64,000 nucleotides of DNA from Pecten maximus (taxonomy: Eukaryota): contig NC_047020.1 in the NCBI RefSeq assembly GCF_902652985.1, positions 7,440,001 to 7,504,000 of the forward strand. Direction: 5' to 3'. Positions 53,901 to 64,000 of this stretch are shown here, piece by piece; positions within the stretch are counted from its first letter, which is position 1; each line of letters begins with the position of its first letter. Made by a program: the position numbers and the translations under genes. Under the pieces are notes generated by a model, which had not been told where the DNA came from, made no database searches, and worked only from the letters and a program-made list of their open reading frames with translations.

Positions 53901-56900
53901 TTGTGTATATCTGTATTACAGTCTGTGGTATATATATCTCCCATTTGTGTATATCTGTATTACAGTCTGTGGTATATATATCTCCCATTTGTGTATATCT
54001 GTATTACAGTCTGTGGTATATATATCTCCCATTTGTGTATATCTGTATTACAGTCTGTGGTGTATATATCTCCCATTTGTGTATATCTGTATTACAGTCT
54101 GCGGTATATATATCTCCCATTTGTGTATATCTGTATTACAGTCTGTGGTATATATATCTCCCATTTGTGTATATCTGTATTACAGTCTGCGGTGTATGTA
54201 TCTCCCATTTGTGTATATCTGTATTACAGTCTGTGGTGTATGTATCTCCCATTTGTGTATATCTGTATTACAGTCTGTGGTATATATATCTCCCATTTGT
54301 GTATATCTGTATTACAGTCTGTGGTATATTGTTACAGGAGGTCTATACGGTGGGTCGGCCATCATTAAGTCCCGTCTCCTCCCCTTCCTCGGCAGCAACT
54401 TCTTCTCTTCTGGAGGAGCAGTGACTGCTGATGCCAGTCTGTCCGTCCTTGCCGAGGCTGCTGGCAAAAACAGGGAGCTGGATGAGCTTCAGGATATGTA
54501 CGAGAAATCGTTACAGGATTTGGAGGTGGACCTTGATGATAAGAAGGCAGAATTACAAGATGTCCGAGATGAGTGAGTGATGTTTCTGGGGAAGGAGGAC
54601 ATGTTTGTCTGTTTAAGAGTCTTAAGTGGTGATCAAAAAGGGTGTTATGGAATAGTACATTATACTGATAGGAAGATTGATTGTAATGTGATATTACCTG
54701 TCGATAGAAGAATGAGGCGAACGGTGAAACATTATATGTATGTATAAATGGTGTAAAGCTAGCGTTGGATAGCCACATTATCAGGCTCCGAGATTAAGAT
54801 TACTGAGAGACTAATTGATGGGCTGATGTAAGGGGGTTTCAGGGATAAATGGATCTATGCTTTTGAGGATATAAGTAAAAAAAAGCTCTCATTTGGTTGA
54901 TATTTAATCAGTAAGAAAATCAGCTGATAGGATATATGTGACAAGAGTCATTGTTTTTAAATGATGGAAGACATAGTAAGAGATGAATATTCTATCAGGC
55001 TGGTCTTATAAGGGTTGGTTCTTGACCTAAATATGCTGCTGATTTTCAGGCTTTTGGATGCAAAGAATGAGCTAAATCGCAGCATGCGTTCTTCACAAAG
55101 TGACAAGATGTTCCTGGAAACTGAAGTACAAGAGTTGAGAAGAAAGTAAGCACCTTATTGTAATTATTGTTAAAGTTTTCTCCTCCTTTCCACAGGCTGC
55201 AGGACACTAAAGAGGAGCTCAACCGAACTCTGCGTACATCCACAAGTGATAAAATGTTAACAGAGGTCGAAACTAGAGAGCTAAGGAGGAAGTAAGACAA
55301 AATTATATATAAATTGTGGTCAACCGTACTTGTGGTGACAACAGTTTCTCGCTTCTCCATAGCTCCTAGATGTCTTGTTTCTAACCCATTCATGCATACC
55401 TTTTCTTCAATTAACCGGGAAAATGCTGTGTTGGTTTTAGTTTCCATCACCCAATGTTGACTTGCTGTAATAGGCCATTTTAGACGTTGTTACTGCTGAT
55501 GTAACTCTCTGGAATAGTTTAGCTTATGAATTGCATGTTTTCCTAGGTGCCTCTGACCATTTTCCATGGTCTACAAACACATCAGTGTTTGTGAGGTATA
55601 TAGATATTTATATGATAAGTCATTTTATCTTTATACTACTGATCATCTAAGAGGTGTAACATGTGTATATTTTACACAGATACACAGATTTTATTCTGAC
55701 TATAGGAAATTGAAAAAATTCCTCTGCTGTCAGCTCAGTTGTAAAGAGATAGATTTTTCATAGTTCAAAGTCAGAAACTATCAAGTTTATATTACAATCA
55801 CAGGCAAAGTTGGCACCCTGTCTCACACCTCTGTTCTGACGGTCTATATTTACTCTTACTACACCGAATTGTGGCCACCAACTGTTGACAGCACTCTATA
55901 TATATCCATACCCTTACTGCACCGAATTGTGGCCACCAACTGTTGACAGCACTCTATATATATCCATACCCTTACTGCACCGAATTGTGGCCACCAACTG
56001 TTGACAGCACTCTATATATATCCATACCCTTACTGCACCGAATTGTGGCCACCAACTGTTGACAGCACTCTATATATATCCATACCCTTACTGCACCGAA
56101 TTGTGGCCACCAACTGTTGACAGCACTCTATATATATCCATACCCTTACTGCACCGAATTGTGGCCACCAACTGTTGACAGCACTCTATATATATCCATA
56201 CCCTTACTGCCACCGAATTGTGGCCACCAACTGTTGACAGCACTCTATATATATCCATACCCTTACTGCACTGAATTGTGGCCACCAACTGTTGACAGCA
56301 CTCTATATATATCCATACTCTTACTGCACCGAATTGTGGCCACCAACTGTTGACAGCACTCTATATATATCCATACCCTTACTGCACTGAATTGTGGCCA
56401 CCAACTGTTGACAGCACTCTATATATATCCATACCCTTACTGCACCGAATTGTGGCCACCAACTGTTGACAGCACTCTATATATATCCATACCCTTACTG
56501 CACCGAATTGTGGCCACCAACTGTTGACAGCACTCTATGTATGTATACTCATTCTTGTCCTCTGGACTGTCAGTCCCTACTCGGTCCTTTAGGAGGTTTC
56601 TACGTGTACCTCCAGGGATAGCCCTGTATGTAGTGAGGATGTGAAGGTGACAGTTATAGCCATATAACCGACACTAGTGCCACTGTTGTATATGGGTAAT
56701 GGTATTTTATGCACTGATCAGTAGATCAAAAGAATAGTTGTATAGGAGAAAAGTATGATTTTGTAGTGGTAGTATTAATATGGGAACGTTCTTAATCTGG
56801 ATAATCAAAACATATTCTTATACATATATTAAGATGAAGAAAAAAATTGCTTTTCTTGTGCAGATATAATATTAAGGAATATATATACATGTACATGTAG

Positions 56901-59900
56901 ATTTGAAAGAAATCAAATGTATTTTTTTAGACTGAATTGTTTTTCATTGTCAGGTTCTGTATTAAGGATTTCCCATTAGAAATCTCAGTAGTCATTCAGT
57001 TATAATCATTCCCAATATATTACGGGTATGTAGCTGTGTATTGAGAGTTAGTAAATCTCAATTCCATTCCAAAACCATGTGATATTTAAAGAGATGGAAA
57101 ATCATCTGTAGGTCAGATAAGTAATTTTATTTTTATACTTTTTAAAGATAAGATGGTAAGATGTTTGAAACTTTGATAATTTGACCATATGGCTGTGTTA
57201 CTGATGTGGTGGGTCGTCTTAAGGGTTGCTGTTTCCCCTCTGTTGTCTTGTTAATTTTAAGGTGTCTATTAAAGATGATCACATCAGACACATCGCTGGC
57301 ATGCTCATCGAGTGCTTCCATGCATGTGGCTTTGTATTTGCTTCAATGATTTAAGATTGGGTTGTTTGTTTCATTGACAAATGTTTGTATTTTGTTTTTA
57401 GTAGTAAATTGAATATACTATAATACAAATAAATTACTGCTGATTTCAATGAATTTGTTAAAATCACTATCTTAGCATTTGTAAAAAAAATCTTAGTACA
57501 TGAATAATTCCTGGTATATTGTGATATTTTCCAGTCATTTGTGACTTAGCCGACTTAAATGTTCTATTTAATGTTCTGTTGTGGATTATTGAAATGACAT
57601 AGCATTGTATATGTGAATGTTTAGGAGGAAATTACTGTTGCTTATACTTTATATTATATACATGTTTTATTGGTAAGATCACAGGAATACCAATGATACA
57701 ATAAATCATTATACATTGTAATGGGGACCGTTTTGCACCAGTGATAATGAAGATATGAAATAGCAAACATTTGGTAAACACAGATATATCACATTGAAAA
57801 TACTACCTTTGGACAGATAGACTCTAGAAAATTAGTCAAGAGGTTTGGTTTGATTTGTCAACAGATCTTCATTATAACTGGTACAATACACTGGTGGTCA
57901 TTTAGTTTGACGTGCGCACACTACCTCATCACCTCATACACACCATACAGCATATTGTCACCATCTGGCCACTGTGATATGAGTGCATGCTTCTCAGTTT
58001 TCTTACAAAATTAAATGGGAAATGTTGTCAAAGAAATCAGGGACATGTAATATTTTTATCTCTGAAATTTTTTTTTCTCTTCTCGGACTTGACTTGGATA
58101 AAGAATTCTATTAACAGCTGTAAGAACAAAGACATTTCTGTGGCAGGGTCATGTCAGAGTGGTTACTTAACATGTTCCAGCATGCCAGATAACCATCATT
58201 TTTACAGACTGTGTTGTTGTGCAGGTATCCTGTTTTTGCTTTGACATGATCCGGTCACCTAGATGTAGTTCTGGAATCTCATCACAGTGGCCACTGTTAC
58301 AAGGCACTTCTCCTAGATAGTAGTGGTCCCAGCAGGCTCGAACCACTAATACATGTAGTGTGTACTCGAGTGTGCTAATCTGTGATAATCATCGTTCTAC
58401 TATAGTATTTCAGACTTTGACACAATGCCAATATTCCACTATTGTTACAGATATCTTATGCCATATAAATATTTTAATGAATAGCTTCAGTAGATCATGT
58501 TCTTTAAAGTACTACAAGGAAAAAAATGCGAACCTAATCAGATTTTACAGGGACCAGGGCACACGTATGCAATAATAATGCTGGCAGACCTGTTTGTCGT
58601 GCCTGGCCAAAAGTCGGTATTTACCAGGAGTTCTATTGTAGTAGTAAAGTCAGTATTATACAGGTAGTGTTATTGTAAAGTTAATTGTACTGATCAGGTA
58701 ATTATTACCTGGTTAATACACAGCCTATACAAAGAGCTGCAATGCTGTGCTTTAGTAAATCACTTTCAGTTTCAAGGCTAATAGTCTATTGTAGTAGTCC
58801 ATTGTAGTATATCAGAATTAGTCCCAGCCAATAGAAGCTTCCTCTCATGTTTTCTCTTTCATTATATTCTGTTAAGAAATTTAATACACAATATAGTTAT
58901 ATTTAGTAATGCACAGCTTAACAGAAAGAAACACCAAGATATTTTATGCATATATACTATACAGTCTACATAAATGTGGTAAGAAAAAAAACACTAAAGA
59001 TTTGTGTCATTCATCTCTGTCAAAGGTTTGGATGACTTTAAAAACATTAAAAAGTAACATTCACGATTGGAATATGATAGATTGATTTCCTGCCAATATG
59101 AAAAGTATTAATCTGTTCATGGAATTTTCATACTCTTTTCATGTTCCTCATTCCAGTTATCATGTTACTGTACAAGGTATCATTGTGTGTTTTCATGTTT
59201 TTTTTTAGACTCGCACTAGCTGAGGATGAAGTGCGCACATTAAGATCCAAAGCAGGATTGCTAACTGATTACGAAACCCAAGTGCGCCGTTTGCGTGATG
59301 ATATCGCATTGCTTACATCTAGGAGAGATTCTCTGTACCGCTCTTCCTCTTCCATGTCATTGCCCCTAAAGGATGACACTTATTTGTCATCTCATTCACA
59401 ATTAAAAGATGACCTGCCTAAAAAGAGTGATTCTTATAAAGATCATAAGTCTGGGTAAGACTGGTAGTCGGTCATGACCAGCTGTATTTTATATGGTCAA
59501 GAGCTTTTGTAGCAAGCTTCTGTGTGATCTAGATTATACTTACATGTGGTTGAAGTTCTTGAGTTTAAATCTAAGACCAACCTGGTCCCAATATTTGTAT
59601 ATTTATTTGGTAAGCTGTGAAAGCAATTATCTGTGGCCAGGTTTTTGATTCAAATATCACTTTTGCTTTCCAACTTCAGATTCAAGAACTTTGACCATAC
59701 TGTTAAAACCGCACTCATCAGTAGCTGCTTGTCCAAAGTGTGTGTCAGTCTTACTCACCCTACTCGAACATCTTAGCCACCATACTCCTAGATCTCCATC
59801 ATACTCATCCTCCCATTGTCGTACTCTCTAACCATCTAAACCGTGATATTTGTTTTACAGCGTCTTTGTGTCCGTGGGCCTGGGAGTAGGCAGCTTTTAA

Positions 59901-62900
59901 AGTGTTCTCTGTGTTATTGTACACCTATACCCATTCTTGTTGAACTAGAAGCAGGTGTTCGTGTGAATTTAATGTTTAAATTTGTGTGCCATGACAAGCT
60001 GGATGATTTTTTGTTTTAAACAAGTTTTGCATTTTATTGATTTTTTTCATGGTATCCTAAAAAGAGTGTGTTTTTAATCTCTGTAGATGTTACTTTTTCT
60101 AAATGGAGCTTTTTTTCATTTTTTGAGGTGCTGGTTTTACAACATGAAATGCTTTTTTTGTTCAATTATAAATGGATGGTTATTTTGCTGTTAAAAAATA
60201 ACTTGAATTATGACATGAACTACACTGTATTTATTATAAGAAATAAGCTACAGTATTAAACTTGAAAAGGAACCTTTTCCATTTGTTATAGTTCAATATT
60301 CATTCAAATTCAAATTGAAAAGTGAAAGTTTCAGATAGCGGATACATTATTTATCAAGTCGGGAATCATTTGGACACATTACTTGTCTTTAGTTTTGAAG
60401 ATTTTTAATAATTCTTGCATCAAAACAGATTTTAATCTAATACTCAAAAAAAAAAAAAAAAAAAGTGAAAATGTTATTTGTGTCTTGCATGAATTAAAAA
60501 AAAAATGAATGATGTCCGTTGATTTTTCATTGTAGAGAAATAAATGATGATGTCCTACCAAGATTAAATCACTGGTAATGAAGACCTACTAAAACATGCT
60601 GGCTAATTGACTAAGGGTTTTGTTTGCTGTTACTATTGCTTGTTTATATGCATATTAAACCAAACATGAAATAAAACAAAAACAAAAAAAGAATTCTAAA
60701 TGCAATGTGATTTATCATAAAAAATACCATGATTTGTGAACACATCCTCATTGGAAGGCTTTTGAATTTGCGTTGTTTTGAGGCAATTGTTTTTTGTGTA
60801 TGAAAGTTTCAATAAGTTGTTTTGCTTTCTAGCATCAATGGATAAGCAAGGATCTAATGCATGGCAAGTTAACATGCTTTTAAAAGACAAACTGGAAACA
60901 TCTGCTTGTGGTGTCACAAGAATGGGTTAGATGACCACAGAGTTGTGTGACCACTCGCGTATCTCCATGTATAACTCTGGACAATGTCCATACTTGTTTT
61001 CCTTAGGCTGGCTGACTCCCAGGATGAAATTGTCAAGTTACGAGCTAGGTCTGGTCTTGTCGATGATTATCAGCGGGAGTTAAGGAATCTTAGGACTGAG
61101 CTCTCTATTGTCGGTTCCAAAAAGAGCTATCTTGATAGGTAAGCCTGGTATACTTGAAGGTGGTGGAATATAAAAATATATAGATATCATTCAAGACTGG
61201 TTCTATATGATAATTAATCCCTTTTACTCCATGCTTTTGGTACATTTTGGGAGCACATTTGATCACCATTTATTGATGTGAAGTTTATTTATCACTGTGT
61301 GGATCCCTTGAGCACCGTAATATGTATATGCTTTATTAGATAGACACATTTGATTTATTCTCACCAGAACTGATAATATGTCGAAGAGAAATGTAGTTAT
61401 CAATTCCATGTTATCGTAGTACGAGTATGGTGTTTCTGTTGTGTGAATTCTGTTGATATATGTACACCAGCATCTCCAACAGCACAAGTTGCCCAACATC
61501 TAGGTAACATGTGAAAAACTTAAACCTATTTATTTCTGATTTCATGAAAAGCTCTAAGCATTCCAGGTAAGACATTTTCAAATGCTTGCAATCTCATTTA
61601 CTAGTTAGAAGGCCCAATATCCAATCTATTGCTTCTGAAATCAATGTGGCAATATGGAGTTTTAATGTCTGAATTTCAAGTTGTTTTAAAACATGACCAT
61701 GCAGCGACCAGTAAATCTAATGAAAATTCTTGAAAATTTACTCAGGAGAACATTACTGGGGTATTCCTTTAGCTTAAAATTTCCTTCAACTTCAGTAATG
61801 AAATTTCCTTCAACTTTATTAATGAAATCCTATGGAAAAACCTTATGATTTCTTTCAGTAAAGGCATGTTTAAGAAAGCAAAGCATGTCCTAAATATAAA
61901 TTTTAACCATTTTATCCAGTTTTTCAAGACCTGCATTGGGCTATTCAAACTTTGAAAAAGCAAAAAAATGAGGAAACATTTTTTTTGTGTTCATTTTGCT
62001 TTTATTTTGAATTAATATCATTGTACTCCATCAGTGCAATACATACCAAAAATTGGAAAAGGAAATAAAATCTTTAGTATACATATATGAAAAATCAAAA
62101 ATTGATTTGGACTTGGTATGGTACCAAAGTCATAATATAAAAACATTTACTGCAATCAGTTAAATTTGATTTTATGACAACAATTTTTACATTGAATTTC
62201 TGTAGACTACTTCATTTGGTTCATGGTATTCAGAATGATCAGAAATTCTCTATAGTGGTGGTTTGGGTAGTTTAATATTGTGGCAGTAAGATAGTTCTCA
62301 GATTTCTTTTGTCGGTACCCTCATGATTGATCATTTTCAACCTAACCCCAACTCTCTGCATGTACTAACATCCATCCTAACTCTTTGTCTTTGATTTAAC
62401 AGGTACGCCATTAAATAACAGAAATAGATATAATTAATTTGGCACTTAGATCTATATTTGCATGATGTCACATTATTACAATGTTTTGACACATATTCTT
62501 GTGACAATAGTAATATTCAATGACTGTAATAGTTTTATGAATTAATAATTCATTCTGAATTTTGTTTGCCTATCAATTATTTATATGGTGTCTACACAAT
62601 GTTTGAACAAAGCGTATATTAGTATTGATAATTTTTCCCATGCATTTTTTGTCTTATCAATAAAAATTGTTCCTAAAAATGTGATTTTTCTGGTGATTAA
62701 AATGATTGCGTGGTACTGTTAATGACGTTTTTGATATGTTTTTTTTAATGAAATTTAAATTTGTCAATCACGATGAAAACAGAGACAATTTATTTATGAG
62801 ATATACCGAACTGAATACAACTCATGGTAAATATTATATATATATGTATTGAGGAAAACTTGTGGTAAATGTTATATATATGTATTGAACTATTTGTCTG

Positions 62901-63589
62901 CAGTGACATGCTTGGATCTCTGTCAAGCTACACTTACACGCCTCGTATCAGCTCACCTTTGTCCTGCAATGATGCTGTCCAGAAAGTGCGACAACACAAA
63001 CTCCTCTCACTTTTCAATGACATGTTCAGCCACCAACGACTTGATGCCATGGATACCCTGCGTCATTACACTGAACGACAATGAAAACAACCAGCGCATC
63101 ATCTTCCTTGCTATGCAGGTTTGTTGAACCATATATCCCATTTGAAATGCTTGTTTCAGTACTAGTCGTGTAGCATGGATAGGTCAGGCTTAAGAACATT
63201 AACATTCATTGGCAAAGAAGAAAATTTAACTGTCAGAGAAAAAATCCAATTGTTTACATGCTTATGAAGCCTCATGGTAGAAATAAATCCTCTAATATTT
63301 ATCTGTTAATTATGAAACATGGTGAAGAAGAAAAACATTGCTTCCAGTTATCTCCCCTGAGCTGTAAAAACCGAAATCTATACTAATTGAGAAAAAGAAG
63401 ATATTTACCTAAGACTCAATACTGTTGTAGGAAGCATACTGTGCAGCCAAACTGGCATTCCGTCAGTTCAAGATGAAGGTACGTGCTAACCTGGCGGCTA
63501 CACACATTGGCCCAGAGACGCTGGAGGAGGCTGTACAGGACTACATCAACAGGAACACAGATCTGTATGATCTGCCAGGAATGGTGTCG
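41829..63589 (+). CDS. SPATA18: Mitochondria-eating protein (MIEAP/SPATA18)-like gene, 5' portion, multi-exon span
   Basis: MAESLRRLVN...LQEKLERWL, NTCDQN...ELNGKVQGQLF, IKSRLLP, RLDA...QRIIF, EAY..AKLAFRQFK.KVR...AVQDY...DLYD all resemble MIEAP; gene continues past the window. Confidence 0.92.
47030..47462 (+). mobile_element. Degenerate HINE-like fragment
   Basis: Same internal unit as 40140-40920 (tagcat.ctgggat.aagggctaccaagt...gaccttgacc...ggtcacaggggtcaaatgtg). Confidence 0.55.
47955..49350. repeat. 52-bp minisatellite
   Basis: Unit ccagataacccctatatagtgtggggctgggtattggatcccaggaccatct, decaying at the 3' end. Confidence 0.95.
50702..50807 (+). CDS. SPATA18: MIEAP-like exon 2 (INTCDQNVARCCEIIELNGKVQGQLFKLLSVTAEA)
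   Basis: tttacag acceptor, gtatgt donor; conserved motif. Confidence 0.92.
51915..54329. repeat. ~44-bp minisatellite ending at the exon 3 acceptor
   Basis: Unit tatatatctcccatttgtgtatatctgtattacagtctgtggt(a/g). Confidence 0.96.
54338..54572 (+). CDS. SPATA18: MIEAP-like exon 3 (GLYGGSAIIKSRLLPFLG...ELQDVRD)
   Basis: ttacag acceptor, gtgagt donor; IKSRLLP motif. Confidence 0.92.
55050..55145 (+). CDS. SPATA18: MIEAP-like exon 4a (LLDAKNELNRSMRSSQSDKMFLETEVQELRRK)
   Basis: tttcag acceptor, gtaagc donor, 96 bp, phase 2-2. Confidence 0.82.
55196..55291 (+). CDS. SPATA18: MIEAP-like exon 4b (LQDTKEELNRTLRTSTSDKMLTEVETRELRRK)
   Basis: cacag acceptor, gtaaga donor, 96 bp, phase 2-2, paralog of 4a. 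Confidence 0.82.
55855..56538. repeat. 58-bp minisatellite
   Basis: Unit accgaattgtggccaccaactgttgacagcactctatatatatccatacccttactgc. Confidence 0.96.
59209..59454 (+). CDS. SPATA18: MIEAP-like exon 5a (LALAEDEVRTLRSKAGLLTDYETQVRRLR...KSG)
   Basis: tttag acceptor, gtaaga donor, phase 2-2, coiled-coil-like. Confidence 0.8.
61007..61138 (+). CDS. SPATA18: MIEAP-like exon 5b (LADSQDEIVKLRARSGLVDDYQRELRNLR...YLD)
   Basis: cttag acceptor, gtaagc donor, phase 2-2, paralog of the 5' part of 5a. Confidence 0.8.
62904..63118 (+). CDS. SPATA18: MIEAP-like exon 6 (…RQHKLLSLFNDMFSHQRLDAMDTLRHYT / DNENNQRIIFLAMQ); +1 frameshift near 63074
   Basis: tgcag acceptor, gtttgt donor; homology switches frame mid-exon. 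Confidence 0.82.
63431..63589 (+). CDS. SPATA18: MIEAP-like exon 7 (EAYCAAKLAFRQFKMKVR...DLYDLPGMVS)
   Basis: ttgtag acceptor, gtgagt donor; conserved motif. Confidence 0.92.
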
Positions 63590-64000
63590 GTGAGTGCATA
63601 CATCACTAACTATAGGATTAGGTTAAGTCAGTGTCCAGTCAAGATTTTGAATGTGCTGTGATTATAAAAGGCAATGGAACAGTTTGTAGTAAAGTAATCC
63701 TTATTAAGTCATGTTTTTGTGGGGTTTTTTATGTGTAGAGTTGAGGGTTTTTTTCCAGTTGTGTGTCACTTTTTTTTGCTTCATTTAAAAGGAAATTTAA
63801 AATATTTATTTAGGGATTTTTTTTTAATATCTTGCTGTGGCATTGCTTTTGCTGTTAATTTTGACAATCAGTAAAAACATGTTGTTAATCACATATACAT
63901 GTATACATTGTATATCAATTAAGGTTACTTTTGCACTTTTTTGCCTTGCTCAAAGAAAATAGTGCCTCTGTATTTTGTATATATTTTGACAGTGTTTGAC

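Noticed and set aside
51884-54424. Long ORFs (299-887 aa) of YISHLCISVLQSVV-type repeats as genes
   Set aside because: They are translations of a 44-bp intronic minisatellite in all frames; only 54338-54572 is a real exon
59680-59750. Extra cassette exon (FKNFDHTVKTALISSCLSK)
   Set aside because: Plausible acceptor but no convincing phase-compatible donor and no recognisable homology

Overview
AT-rich, intron-rich animal genomic DNA; the repeat types (Helentron-like HINEs, V-type tRNA SINE) suggest a bivalve mollusc (inference). It holds two + strand protein-coding genes. (1) The 3' part of Nup98-Nup96 runs from the autoproteolysis exon (251) to the stop codon (34044); two exons are tandemly duplicated. 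(2) The 5' part of a MIEAP/SPATA18-like gene starts at ATG 41829, runs off the window, and contains two pairs of duplicated, probably mutually exclusive exons. The last Nup96 intron carries an apparently intact 6.4-kb Ngaro/PAT-type tyrosine-recombinase retrotransposon (27466-33848; gag, RT/RNase H, YR; split direct repeats A1...B1A2...B2). It has an in-phase -1 frameshift heptamer and an array of covarying hairpins in its B repeat. A diverged 'solo A-B' relic of a related family lies at 18882-20043 on the minus strand. Both copies inserted without a TSD immediately before CTGT inside minisatellites. Many introns are filled with minisatellites, several of which multiply real splice sites, plus MITEs, HINEs and a SINE. 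All calls were made by eye; coordinates may be off by a few bases, and homology statements rest on recalled motifs, not database searches.
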